DNA of 64,000 nt from the NCBI GenBank assembly GCA_030681595.1, contig JAUXSB010000003.1, positions 159,207 through 223,206 of the forward strand, given 5' to 3'. The notes below the pieces were generated by a model that was not told the DNA's origin, made no database searches, and worked only from the letters and a program-made list of their open reading frames with translations. This DNA is from Candidatus Omnitrophota bacterium. Lineage in GTDB: Bacteria > Omnitrophota > Gorgyraeia > Ghiorseimicrobiales > Ghiorseimicrobiaceae. The position numbers and the translations under genes were made by a program. Below, one piece after another: positions 9,093 through 17,495 of this stretch (positions within the stretch are counted from its first letter, which is position 1; each line of letters opens with the position of its first letter).

Positions 9093-10114
9093 AATTTTAT
9101 CCTCGTTAAGCTAGTAAGCAGCCTTAGATTAATATTCCTTTCTAAATAAAATAACGCTTTATAGATAAACCCGATACAGTCTTTTAATTCGGGTATACTG
9201 TAGCTATCCTTATTTTTCATAAGATACGCCTCCTTATCTATGTTAATTAAAGTCGGGCGGGCCTTAAGCTTAAGTAACAGCAAATCCCTAAACCAGCTTA
9301 AAAACAAATTCAGCTTATACTGCGCGTCATGCCTATCCCTAAAATCTATCCTTTTATAAATAAAATCTTCAATTAACGAGTTCTTTTCCCTTAAAATATC
9401 TTTATCTTTTATTTCAAGTGCTAAAGCCAGCCTGCCCTGTGAAAAACAGCTCAAAAAATGCGCCTTCTTCTCGTCTAAGTGATAGCATTCCATTAATATT
9501 TCTTTCATCTCTTCTAAAGCCAAGGCATTGAATTTTATCCTGCGGCAGCGGGAAAGAATAGTTGCGGAAAGTAATTTTTCGTTGGCGCTGACAAGAATAA
9601 AAATAGTATCTTTCGGAGGCTCTTCCAAAGTTTTAAGCAGGGCATCCGATGCTTCCTGCGTCATATTCTCTGCCTGATCAATAATAAATACCTTGTATTT
9701 TGCCTCATACGGCCTAAAAGCGCTTCTTTTTTCCATCTCCTTAACCTGCTCTATTTTTATAGCCCTGCTTGCCTCTTTTTTACCTAAAAGGCTGGTTTCC
9801 GCATCCTTTTCTGCCTCTGAGGTAATTAAAAATACGTCCGGGTGCTGCAAACTGTCTATTTTTTTGCAACTCGGGCACTCACCGCAAGAATCATCTAAAG
9901 CCTGGTTTACCCCGTTTGAAATAGTCCCGCCATTCGGCGGAACGTCATTTCGAACGGGGCAATTAATAAACTTAGCAAAATTCAACGCGGTCATTTTTTT
10001 GCCGATTGCTTCCGGACCGCTGAATAAATACGCAGAGGCAAGCCGATTATTCCTTAAATTCTCCAGCAAGCTCCTAATCTGAACGCTATGGCCTTTTATA
10101 TCACTGAAAGACAT
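9080..10114 (-). CDS. holB: DNA polymerase III delta-prime subunit.
   Basis: AAA+ clamp-loader fold (GPEAIGK) and a Cys zinc module (CGECPSCKK). Confidence 0.8.
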   Translation of the reverse strand: MSFSDIKGHSVQIRSLLENLRNNRLASAYLFSGPEAIGKKMTALNFAKFINCPVRNDVPPNGGTISNGVNQALDDSCGECPSCKKIDSLQHPDVFLITSEAEKDAETSLLGKKEASRAIKIEQVKEMEKRSAFRPYEAKYKVFIIDQAENMTQEASDALLKTLEEPPKDTIFILVSANEKLLSATILSRCRRIKFNALALEEMKEILMECYHLDEKKAHFLSCFSQGRLALALEIKDKDILREKNSLIEDFIYKRIDFRDRHDAQYKLNLFLSWFRDLLLLKLKARPTLINIDKEAYLMKNKDSYSIPELKDCIGFIYKALFYLERNINLRLLTSLTRIKLCKT

Positions 10115-10119
10115 ATTTA

Positions 10120-10752
10120 TTATACTCTCAATATCTTATCCACTAATTCCCTTATTTTCTCTTGCGTCTTAATTATCTCTGTTTCCTGATAGACAATTTT
10201 AATCCTCGCCGGTTCTCTCTTGGCTAATTCCATATAGCCAAAATGCACTTTCTTATGATAAGCTAGCGGTTTATTTTCAATGCGGTCATTAATTTTCCCG
10301 CGCTGGTTTAGACCTCTACCTAAATCATTATCTAAAAGAATAGTTAAATCCGGCTTTATTCCCAAAGTAACGGCGTTACCAATTGCTTTTATTAACTCAA
10401 TATCTAATCCCCCGGCATAGCCCTGATAAGCAATGGTGGCGTCTAAAAACCTGTCCGATATCACAACCTTACCTTTCTTTAGCTCCGGCAGAATTACCTC
10501 TTTAACCAATTGAGCGCGCGCCGCCATATAAAGGCATACTTCGGTAATATCGGACATTTCTTTATTTTCGGCGTCTAAAAGAATGGCTCTTATCTTTTCG
10601 CCTATCTTAGTTGAGCCCGGCTCGCGCACATAAACAAAATCTACGTTCTTATCCCTTAGATATTCACAGAGCAATTTCGTGTGCGTGCTTTTTCCCGACC
10701 CTTCCGGCCCTTCAAATGTAATAAATTTACCTTTCATATCTTCCTGCGCCAA
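10120..10752 (-). CDS. tmk: Thymidylate kinase.
   Basis: P-loop FITFEGPEGSGKST. Confidence 0.9.
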   Translation of the reverse strand: MAQEDMKGKFITFEGPEGSGKSTHTKLLCEYLRDKNVDFVYVREPGSTKIGEKIRAILLDAENKEMSDITEVCLYMAARAQLVKEVILPELKKGKVVISDRFLDATIAYQGYAGGLDIELIKAIGNAVTLGIKPDLTILLDNDLGRGLNQRGKINDRIENKPLAYHKKVHFGYMELAKREPARIKIVYQETEIIKTQEKIRELVDKILRV

Positions 10753-12122
10753 GTTGTGCCTTCTTTTGTATCTTCTAAAATTATGCCTTTTTGCTCTAAT
10801 TCCTTACGGATTTTATCGGAAAGGGCAAAATTTTTATTCGCGCGCGCGCTGTTTCTTTCTAATATTTTTGCTTCTATCTCAGTATCAAAAATTTCTTCTT
10901 TTTTTAAGGATATCTTGAATATACCCAATAGCTCCGACAATACGCGCTTGGCCGGCAAAATAAAATCCGTATTTTCTATATTCTTATTAGCGGCATTTAC
11001 CAAATCAAAGATTGCTGCCAGCCCCTGCGGTGTATTGAAATCATCATCCATCGCCTCGATAAATTTATTTTTAATTTCTTCTATTTCCGTATTTTTTTTA
11101 CTTGATACTTGATACTTGATACCTGATACCTTTTTTTCTATCTTATCAATCAATATCGCAATCCGCTCTAATGCCTTTTTCGCCTCTTCTATTTTTTCTT
11201 CCGTGTAGTCTATGGGATGCGAATAATGCGCCGATAAAAAGAATAATTTTAATAAATCCGCGTTTTTATATTTAGCGATAAAATCTTTAATGGTAATAAA
11301 ATTCCCCAACGACTTAGCCATTTTTTGAGCATTAATCGTCAAAAGGCCGTGGTGAATCCAATAATTAGAAAAAGGCTTACCAGTGAGCGCCTCTGCCTGG
11401 GCGAGCTCATTTTCATGGTGGGGGAAAATCAGGTCGCGCCCTCCGGCATGGATATCCAGCGTCTCGGACTTTAAAAACTTCTGACTCATCACCGAACACT
11501 CTATATGCCATCCGGGGCGGCCCTTGCCCCAAGGACTATCCCAGAATGGCTCATCAGGCTTAGACATCTTCCATAAAGCAAAATCCAACGGGTCTTTTTT
11601 GGTCTCATCCGATTCTTTACGTACACCGCTAAACATCTCTTTTATTGCCTGGCCGGATAATTTACCGTAATCATTAAATTTACGCACGCTGAAATATACG
11701 CCGGTTTCAGTAACATAGGCATACCCCTTATTTATCAAAACCTCAATGTATTTAATCATTTCAGGGATATTTTCCGTAGCGCGCGGCTCACAATCCGCTT
11801 CACTAATCCCTAAAGCCGCTAAATCTTCGTAATATCTGGAAATATATTTTTCCGACAACCCCTTCCAATCAACTTTAAGCTCCTTCGCGCGGTTAATAAT
11901 CTTATCGTCAATATCGGTAATATTGCGTACAAAGTTAACTTTAAAACCGCGGTATTCTAAATAACGCCGCATTAGGTCAAAGATATAAAGGCTTCGGGCG
12001 TGGCCAATATGGCAGTCATCATAAACAGTTACGCCACAGGTATAGATATTAACTTTTGGCGGGGATAGCGGAACAAATTTCTCTTTTTTACGGGTGAGGG
12101 AATTATAGATATAAATTGGCAT
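10734..12122 (-). CDS. cysS: Cysteinyl-tRNA synthetase.
   Basis: HIGH (HIGHARS) and KMSKS motifs. An in-frame heptamer array lies at 11098-11130. Confidence 0.9.
   Translation of the reverse strand: MPIYIYNSLTRKKEKFVPLSPPKVNIYTCGVTVYDDCHIGHARSLYIFDLMRRYLEYRGFKVNFVRNITDIDDKIINRAKELKVDWKGLSEKYISRYYEDLAALGISEADCEPRATENIPEMIKYIEVLINKGYAYVTETGVYFSVRKFNDYGKLSGQAIKEMFSGVRKESDETKKDPLDFALWKMSKPDEPFWDSPWGKGRPGWHIECSVMSQKFLKSETLDIHAGGRDLIFPHHENELAQAEALTGKPFSNYWIHHGLLTINAQKMAKSLGNFITIKDFIAKYKNADLLKLFFLSAHYSHPIDYTEEKIEEAKKALERIAILIDKIEKKVSGIKYQVSSKKNTEIEEIKNKFIEAMDDDFNTPQGLAAIFDLVNAANKNIENTDFILPAKRVLSELLGIFKISLKKEEIFDTEIEAKILERNSARANKNFALSDKIRKELEQKGIILEDTKEGTTWRRKI
11098..11130 (-). repeat. In-frame heptanucleotide tandem array (CTTGATA x3 + CCTGATA) inside cysS, flanked by poly-T runs. 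It encodes VSGIKYQVSS.
   Basis: Direct 7-nt periodicity is visible in the sequence. The same GATACTTG motif appears in the ispD duplication. Confidence 0.7.
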
Positions 12123-12126
12123 ATTA

Positions 12127-12166
12127 CTCGCTTCATGCTACAAGCTACAAGCTTCAAACCTGTAGC
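12127..12166 (-). repeat. Heptad-periodic leader element, family 2 (GCTTCAT GCTACAA GCTACAA GCTTCAA ... CCTGTAGCC), immediately upstream of the cysS start.
   Basis: Related to the element upstream of asd at 31511-31584, with shared gcttcatgc..caagcttcaa..cctgtagcc. Confidence 0.6.
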
Positions 12167-12170
12167 CATT

Positions 12171-12860
12171 TTATTTACCTTCTAACTTCTCTATTCTCTT
12201 TTCTAAATCCTCCATATTCTGCAGTATCGGGTCAATGATATGGATGTGGTCTAAGCTGATATCTATCTTTTTGCCGTCTTGCTTGGTAATTCTCCCCGGA
12301 ACGCCTACCACTGTAGAATTATCCGGCACATCCTTAATCACCACGGCATTTGCGCCGATATAAGAATTATCGCCCACCCTGATATTGCCTAATACCTTTG
12401 CCCCTGCGCCGATAACCACATTGTTACCAACTGTCGGATGGCGTTTGCCTTTCTGCAAACCCGTCCCTCCAAGAGTAACGCCTTGATATAAAAGGACATC
12501 ATCGCCGACAACAGCGGTTTCGCCAATTATTACACCCATACCGTGGTCAATAAAAAACCTTTTTCCGATTTGAGCGCCGGGATGAATTTCTATACCGGTA
12601 ACGTGGCGCGCGAATTGGCTGATTAAACGGGCGAGCAGAAACAAGCCTAACCCATAAAAAAAGTGCGCAATACGATGGCTGATTAAAGCGTGTAGCCCAG
12701 GGTAAAGCAAAAGCACCTCTAAAAAACTCTTTGCCGCTGGGTCTTTTTTCTGCGCGGCCTTAATTTCATTATAGAAAAATACACTTACTAAAATTATTTT
12801 TACAATATAAAACGTTATAAGGATAAGCAATATTTTTAAAAAAAGTGTCATATTAGTCAT
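12171..12860 (-). CDS. cysE: Serine O-acetyltransferase with an unusual N-terminal transmembrane extension.
   Basis: Hexapeptide-repeat region [20 protein letters not shown] and the [24 protein letters not shown]-domain. These are preceded by about 30 hydrophobic residues. Confidence 0.8.
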   Translation of the reverse strand: MTNMTLFLKILLILITFYIVKIILVSVFFYNEIKAAQKKDPAAKSFLEVLLLYPGLHALISHRIAHFFYGLGLFLLARLISQFARHVTGIEIHPGAQIGKRFFIDHGMGVIIGETAVVGDDVLLYQGVTLGGTGLQKGKRHPTVGNNVVIGAGAKVLGNIRVGDNSYIGANAVVIKDVPDNSTVVGVPGRITKQDGKKIDISLDHIHIIDPILQNMEDLEKRIEKLEGK

Positions 12861-13338
12861 CCCCTTTCACAACCGCCGCTACTGCATAAGCGGCAATCGC
12901 TTCTTTTCTACCTAATGCGTCTAGGCCTTCGTTGGTTTTTGCTTTTATACTTATATCTTCTTCTTTCATTCTAAGGATAGTTGATATTTTTTCCCGTATC
13001 TCTCTCTTAAAAGGCAAAAGCTTCGGCTCTTCGGCAACTAATACCATATCTACATTATTGATCTTAAATTTTTTCTTCTCCACCAATTCCGCAACTTGTT
13101 TTAATAATTCTATACCGGAGATACCGTCATATTGTGGGTCAGTATCGGGAAAATGCTCGCCAATGTCTCCCAAACCTAAAGCCCCCAACAACGCATCACA
13201 TAGCGCATGTAGAAGTACGTCACCGTCAGAATGCCCCAGTAGCCCCAAAACAAAAGGAATCTCTACTCCGCCCAAAAACAGCCTGCGGCCTTCAACTAGG
13301 CGGTGGATATCATAACCGATACCTACGCGATATTGCAT
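12853..13338 (-). CDS. ispF: 2-C-methyl-D-erythritol 2,4-cyclodiphosphate synthase.
   Basis: GIGYDIHRL and HSDGDV motifs. Confidence 0.9.
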   Translation of the reverse strand: MQYRVGIGYDIHRLVEGRRLFLGGVEIPFVLGLLGHSDGDVLLHALCDALLGALGLGDIGEHFPDTDPQYDGISGIELLKQVAELVEKKKFKINNVDMVLVAEEPKLLPFKREIREKISTILRMKEEDISIKAKTNEGLDALGRKEAIAAYAVAAVVKGDD

Positions 13339-13365
13339 AACTTTCTAATTTAAACAACTCAACCC

Positions 13366-14154
13366 TTACCGCTTAATCCCTGCCTGCCGGCAGGCAGGCT
13401 TAACCCTCTTTGCTATCACCTCTGCAAACACCAAATCTTCCGGAGTAGTAATTTTTATATTAAAATATGAGCCTTCGCAAACTCTAACTTTATAGCCTAA
13501 TTTTTCTACCAAATAGGCATCGTCAGTCGCATCCAAATTCTTAAATTTATTATGGGCTTTTATTATTAAGTCCCGCCTAAAAACCTGCGGCGTCTGTATC
13601 TCCCAGATATTTCTTCTATCTAAAGTTTTATCAACAAAAATATTCTTTTTCTCGATACTTGCCTGCCCCGAAGCATCCGGGGATACTTGCCTGCCCCGAA
13701 GCATCCGGGGATACTTGATACTTTTAATCGTTGGCTTTAGAGGAACCCCGGCAATACAGGCACCGCAATCCTGTGCGCCCGAAACTACGCGGGAAATAAT
13801 CTCGCCAGTCACAAACGGGCGCGCTGCGTCGTGAATTAAAACAAAGTCGGTATCTTTATCTAAAAGTTTTAAGCCTGCTGCAACCGAATCCCTGCGCGTC
13901 TTCCCGCCGCGCCTTACACACTTCACCTTAGAAAGCCCATCTGCTTCTATTAACCTTCTGACCTTCGCTAAATTCTTATTATGCGCAAGGACTATAATTT
14001 TAGAAATAGCCGCATTCCTGCTTAATACCCTTAACGCGCGAATAATAATCGCGCAATCGTCAATACGTACAAACGGTTTAGCAACAGCGGTTTTTAGCCT
14101 TACGCCCAAGCCGGCCGCAGGGACAATCGCTTCTATCTTTACAGGCTTAGGCAT
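13366..14154 (-). CDS. ispD: 2-C-methyl-D-erythritol 4-phosphate cytidylyltransferase.
   Basis: The VPAAGLGVRL N-terminus is IspD-like. It contains a 28-bp tandem duplication. Confidence 0.85.
   Translation of the reverse strand: MPKPVKIEAIVPAAGLGVRLKTAVAKPFVRIDDCAIIIRALRVLSRNAAISKIIVLAHNKNLAKVRRLIEADGLSKVKCVRRGGKTRRDSVAAGLKLLDKDTDFVLIHDAARPFVTGEIISRVVSGAQDCGACIAGVPLKPTIKSIKYPRMLRGRQVSPDASGQASIEKKNIFVDKTLDRRNIWEIQTPQVFRRDLIIKAHNKFKNLDATDDAYLVEKLGYKVRVCEGSYFNIKITTPEDLVFAEVIAKRVKPACRQAGIKR
13657..13712 (-). repeat. 28-bp tandem duplication (GATACTTGCCTGCCCCGAAGCATCCGGG x2) inside ispD. The ORF stays open across both copies, read in different frames.
   Basis: Exact direct repeat. The unit carries CCCCGAAGCATCCGGGG, a near-copy of the family-1 hairpin CCCCGAAGCTTCGGGG. 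Confidence 0.8.
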
Positions 14155-14161
14155 TAATTTA

Positions 14162-15163
14162 TTAATGCTTCTTAGCGGATGAATTCACTTGTTCTAACTT
14201 TGCAAAAATCATCCTTCCTGCCTGCGTCTGAAGCACGGAGGTAACTTCGGCCCGCACGGATTGAGTGATAAAACGCCTTCCGTCTTCAACCACTATCATT
14301 GTGCCGTCGTCTAAATAGCCTACCGCCTGATTATGCTCTTTGCCTTCCTTAATTAGCTTTACTTCCATTATCTCGCCCGGATAAACTACCGGCTTTAAAG
14401 CATTAGCCAGGTCATTGATATTTAAAACGGTAACGCCCTGAATCTCCGCTACCCTATTTAAGTTAAAATCCAAAGTAACAACTTTGGCATCAAGAAGCTT
14501 GGCAAGCCTTACGATTTTGGCATCCACATCCTGAGTTTCAGGAAAATCATCTTCGTGAATAGTAAGGTTTATTGTAGGGGAGTTTTTCTGCATCGAATGC
14601 AATATATCCAGGCCGCGCCTGCCACGCTGCCTTTTAATGTAATCGGATGAATCAGCAACCTGCTGCAGTTCTTTTAAAACAAAGCGCGGAATTACCAAAC
14701 GCGCAGCAACGAATTTCGTTTTGCATATATCCACAACTCTTCCGTCAATAAGGGCACTTGTATCCAGAATAACTAAGTCTGATTCCTGTTCATACCTCCT
14801 TAGGCGTACATAGGGAATAATAAGGCTGAAATCTTCTCTCCCTCTGAGCGCAAAAGACATTCCCATATACGAAAAGACTAACGTTGAAATTATACGGGTA
14901 AAAAATGCCATGCTGGGCTCTAGGATCTCCAAGGCGTCTGAAACAAGCTTAGCAATAATTAAACCTAAAAGCAAACCGAAAACAGCGCTTGAAAGCCCCC
15001 GGACTGAGATGCGGCGCATCCCTCTTTCCAGGCTCACGATAAAACCGGAAATCACCAAGGCAACACCTGCGCCTATAAACCCTGAACCGGTAATGGAACC
15101 TAACTGAAAACCGACTATTACGCTCCCAATGATAAAAAAAATACGGATAAAACTTATAGTCAT
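14162..15163 (-). CDS. yacL: Membrane-anchored PIN-TRAM domain protein (YacL-like).
   Basis: N-terminal TM segments, a PIN domain and a C-terminal TRAM domain. It sits between radA and ispD as in Firmicutes. Confidence 0.7.
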   Translation of the reverse strand: MTISFIRIFFIIGSVIVGFQLGSITGSGFIGAGVALVISGFIVSLERGMRRISVRGLSSAVFGLLLGLIIAKLVSDALEILEPSMAFFTRIISTLVFSYMGMSFALRGREDFSLIIPYVRLRRYEQESDLVILDTSALIDGRVVDICKTKFVAARLVIPRFVLKELQQVADSSDYIKRQRGRRGLDILHSMQKNSPTINLTIHEDDFPETQDVDAKIVRLAKLLDAKVVTLDFNLNRVAEIQGVTVLNINDLANALKPVVYPGEIMEVKLIKEGKEHNQAVGYLDDGTMIVVEDGRRFITQSVRAEVTSVLQTQAGRMIFAKLEQVNSSAKKH

Positions 15164-15194
15164 AATAAATCCTCCCTAAATTAATAAAAATATA

Positions 15195-16577
15195 CTAAAC
15201 CAAGACTATATCTAACGCTTCTTTAATAGTAGACACGGCGATACATTCAATCTTGTTTTTTTTTGTTTTTAGCGCAGCATCTTTAAGATTGCTTTCAGGT
15301 AAAATACATCTTTTAAAACCGAGTTTTTCCGCCTCAGAAACTCTTAAATTTGCATAAGTTACACTGCGCACCTCTCCCGCCAAGCCCACTTCTCCTAAAG
15401 CCACCAAATCGAAGGGTACCGCTTTATTCTTAAAACTTGAAGCTGTGGCAATTATAATCCCCAAATCGCAAGCCGGGTCTTCCAGTTTTAACCCTCCCGC
15501 CACATTAATAAAAATATCTTCCGTGCCTAGGTTTAACCCTATCCTTTTTTCTAATACCGCGGTTAAGAGAGAAAGCCTGTTATAGTCTATGCCTTCGGCC
15601 TTACGCTGAGGGAATCCAAAACTTCCCCGTGTCACCAATGCCTGAATTTCAGCAAGTATCGGGCGCGAGCCTTCCATAGCACATACTACCATAGAACCGG
15701 ATGCGCCCTTGGGCCGCTCGGTTAAAAAAACCTGCGAAGGATTGGATACTTCTTTTAATCCTGTATTTGTCATTTCAAAAACGCCTATTTCGTTGGTTGA
15801 ACCAAACCTGTTTTTTACAGCCCTTAATATCCTATAAACCGAATATCTCTCGCCTTCAAAATACAAAACTGTGTCTACGATATGTTCTAATACGCGCGGC
15901 CCGGCAATCGCCCCCTCCTTGGTCACATGGCCGATAATGAATAAAGCAGTATTTAAACTTTTTACCAGATTAGTCAGGCCGCCAGCGCACGCACGCACTT
16001 GAGAAACACTGCCGCAGCCAGCCGAAATAGCAGAATTACTTATTGCCTGAATAGAATCAATAACGACAAACACAGGCGAAATTTTCTTTATAGATTCGGC
16101 GATTAAATTTAGGTCCGTTTGGTTCAACAGATAAAAATTAGCGCTTTCTTTTTTTATGAGGCGGTCCGCCCGTAGTTTTACCTGCTTGATAGACTCTTCG
16201 CCGCTTATATATAATACTTTATGCCCGTTTGCTGATAAGCTCTCAGCGGCCTGGAGGGCCAGCGTAGATTTACCTATCCCCGGATCTCCCGCCAATAAGG
16301 TAACCGAACCCGGAACAATCCCGCCGCCTAAAACACCGTCTAATTCTGTAAGCCTAGTAACAATACGTTTATCCGCTATAGACTCAATATCTTCAAGCAA
16401 TACCGGCTCTTCCTTACTGGCAACAAAAACAGGATTAGCCTTCCTATCTGTTATATTAGGCTCAGCGTAATCTTCTTCGGCAAAAGAATTCCAATTATTG
16501 CAATCCGGGCATTTACCTTGCCATTTAGGCGCTTGGTAGCCGCAGGCCTGGCAGGTAAAAATAGTTCGGGGCTTCAT
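15195..16577 (-). CDS. radA: DNA repair protein RadA/Sms.
   Basis: N-terminal C4 zinc finger (CQACGY..CPDC), RecA-like Walker A (GDPGIGKST) and a Lon-like C-terminal domain. Confidence 0.9.
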   Translation of the reverse strand: MKPRTIFTCQACGYQAPKWQGKCPDCNNWNSFAEEDYAEPNITDRKANPVFVASKEEPVLLEDIESIADKRIVTRLTELDGVLGGGIVPGSVTLLAGDPGIGKSTLALQAAESLSANGHKVLYISGEESIKQVKLRADRLIKKESANFYLLNQTDLNLIAESIKKISPVFVVIDSIQAISNSAISAGCGSVSQVRACAGGLTNLVKSLNTALFIIGHVTKEGAIAGPRVLEHIVDTVLYFEGERYSVYRILRAVKNRFGSTNEIGVFEMTNTGLKEVSNPSQVFLTERPKGASGSMVVCAMEGSRPILAEIQALVTRGSFGFPQRKAEGIDYNRLSLLTAVLEKRIGLNLGTEDIFINVAGGLKLEDPACDLGIIIATASSFKNKAVPFDLVALGEVGLAGEVRSVTYANLRVSEAEKLGFKRCILPESNLKDAALKTKKNKIECIAVSTIKEALDIVLV

Positions 16578-16578
16578 T

Positions 16579-17298
16579 TTATTTTCCTGATTCTTCTTTG
16601 GGCCGGAACAATAACTTCCAAGGATGGGCTTTTAAATCATTTACAAAGCTGTCTAAGTCCTGATAAAGGCTGTCATCATATATAAGCTTACCAATCATAC
16701 CTTCGCCTTTATTTATCTTATCTAAAACTGTGTTTAGTTCCTGGCCTACCTGATTAAGATTACTCACTGCCTGTTTTAGAGAAAGCCGCAGTTCTTCGTC
16801 TTTAATGACTTTATTTAGGGAATCAATACTTTCTTCTAATTTCGTAGCAATCCGGCGGCCTAGGTTACCTATTTCCTCCATCGAGACAGGGTCATCCCCT
16901 AATAAAACATCGCCGTCCTTAAATAAAGTAGTATAATCGCTTCCCGGAATTACCTCTAGGTATTTTTCGCCTAAAAGGCCAAGGGTATTAATCATCACTT
17001 CGGAATCGCGGGGAATCTGAGTATCTTTCTTTACCCAAAAAGCTATTTCAACCCGCGTCTTCTTGGTTTGCGGGTCAAAATATACATTTATCTTCTTTAC
17101 TTCGCCTGCGTCAACACCCGCAACGCGCACCGGGGAATTTACTTTAAGCCCATTGGCAAACCCGAAGAAAACCTTAAGATTGTAACCGGTACTTAAAAGG
17201 CGGATGTCGCCGATTTTAGTAACAAAATATACCAAAATAACCAACGCCACAAAAACAAATATGCCTACCTTTGCTTCTATTCTTGTCCTTTGTGTCAC
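16579..17298 (-). CDS. mlaD: MCE-family protein MlaD.
   Basis: N-terminal TM segment and an MCE domain. Adjacent to mlaF and mlaE. Confidence 0.75.
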   Translation of the reverse strand: MTQRTRIEAKVGIFVFVALVILVYFVTKIGDIRLLSTGYNLKVFFGFANGLKVNSPVRVAGVDAGEVKKINVYFDPQTKKTRVEIAFWVKKDTQIPRDSEVMINTLGLLGEKYLEVIPGSDYTTLFKDGDVLLGDDPVSMEEIGNLGRRIATKLEESIDSLNKVIKDEELRLSLKQAVSNLNQVGQELNTVLDKINKGEGMIGKLIYDDSLYQDLDSFVNDLKAHPWKLLFRPKEESGK

Positions 17299-17316
17299 GC
17301 CCCACCCCCATTGTAA

Positions 17317-17344
17317 CGTATAGCGTATAGCGTATAGCGTATAG
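17317..17344. repeat. Heptamer tandem array (CGTATAG x4) in the mlaF-mlaD spacer.
   Basis: Exact 7-nt tandem repeat. The same heptamer recurs in-frame in truA at 29799-29828. Confidence 0.8.
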
Positions 17345-17375
17345 TAAAATCCCGATAAATATTCTAAACGCTATA

Positions 17376-17465
17376 CCATAAGCCGGTAAGGCAATGGTTT
17401 GGCTTTCCATATAGCCAAAGCCATAAGCCGGTAAGGCAATGGTTTGGCTTTCCATATAGCCAAAG
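17376..17465. repeat. 45-bp perfect direct repeat x2 (ccataagccggtaaggcaatggtttggctttccatatagccaaag), each with an internal GGCTTT..AAAGCC hairpin.
   Basis: Two identical tandem copies. A partial third copy follows. Confidence 0.85.
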
Positions 17466-17495
17466 CCATAACCGCTAAACGCTGAAAATTAAAAC

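Noticed and set aside
17216-17455. 79-aa ORF with an internally repeated peptide (MESQTIALPAYG x2).
   Set aside because: It is generated entirely by the 45-bp direct repeat in the mlaF-mlaD spacer, and the repeated peptide mirrors the DNA repeat. It is not a real gene.
17317-17465. Possible CRISPR array, suggested by the tandem direct repeats.
   Set aside because: There are only two full copies of a 45-bp unit arranged head to tail with no spacers, plus a separate 7-mer array. There are no unique spacers of uniform length and no cas genes nearby. These are tandem repeats, not CRISPR.
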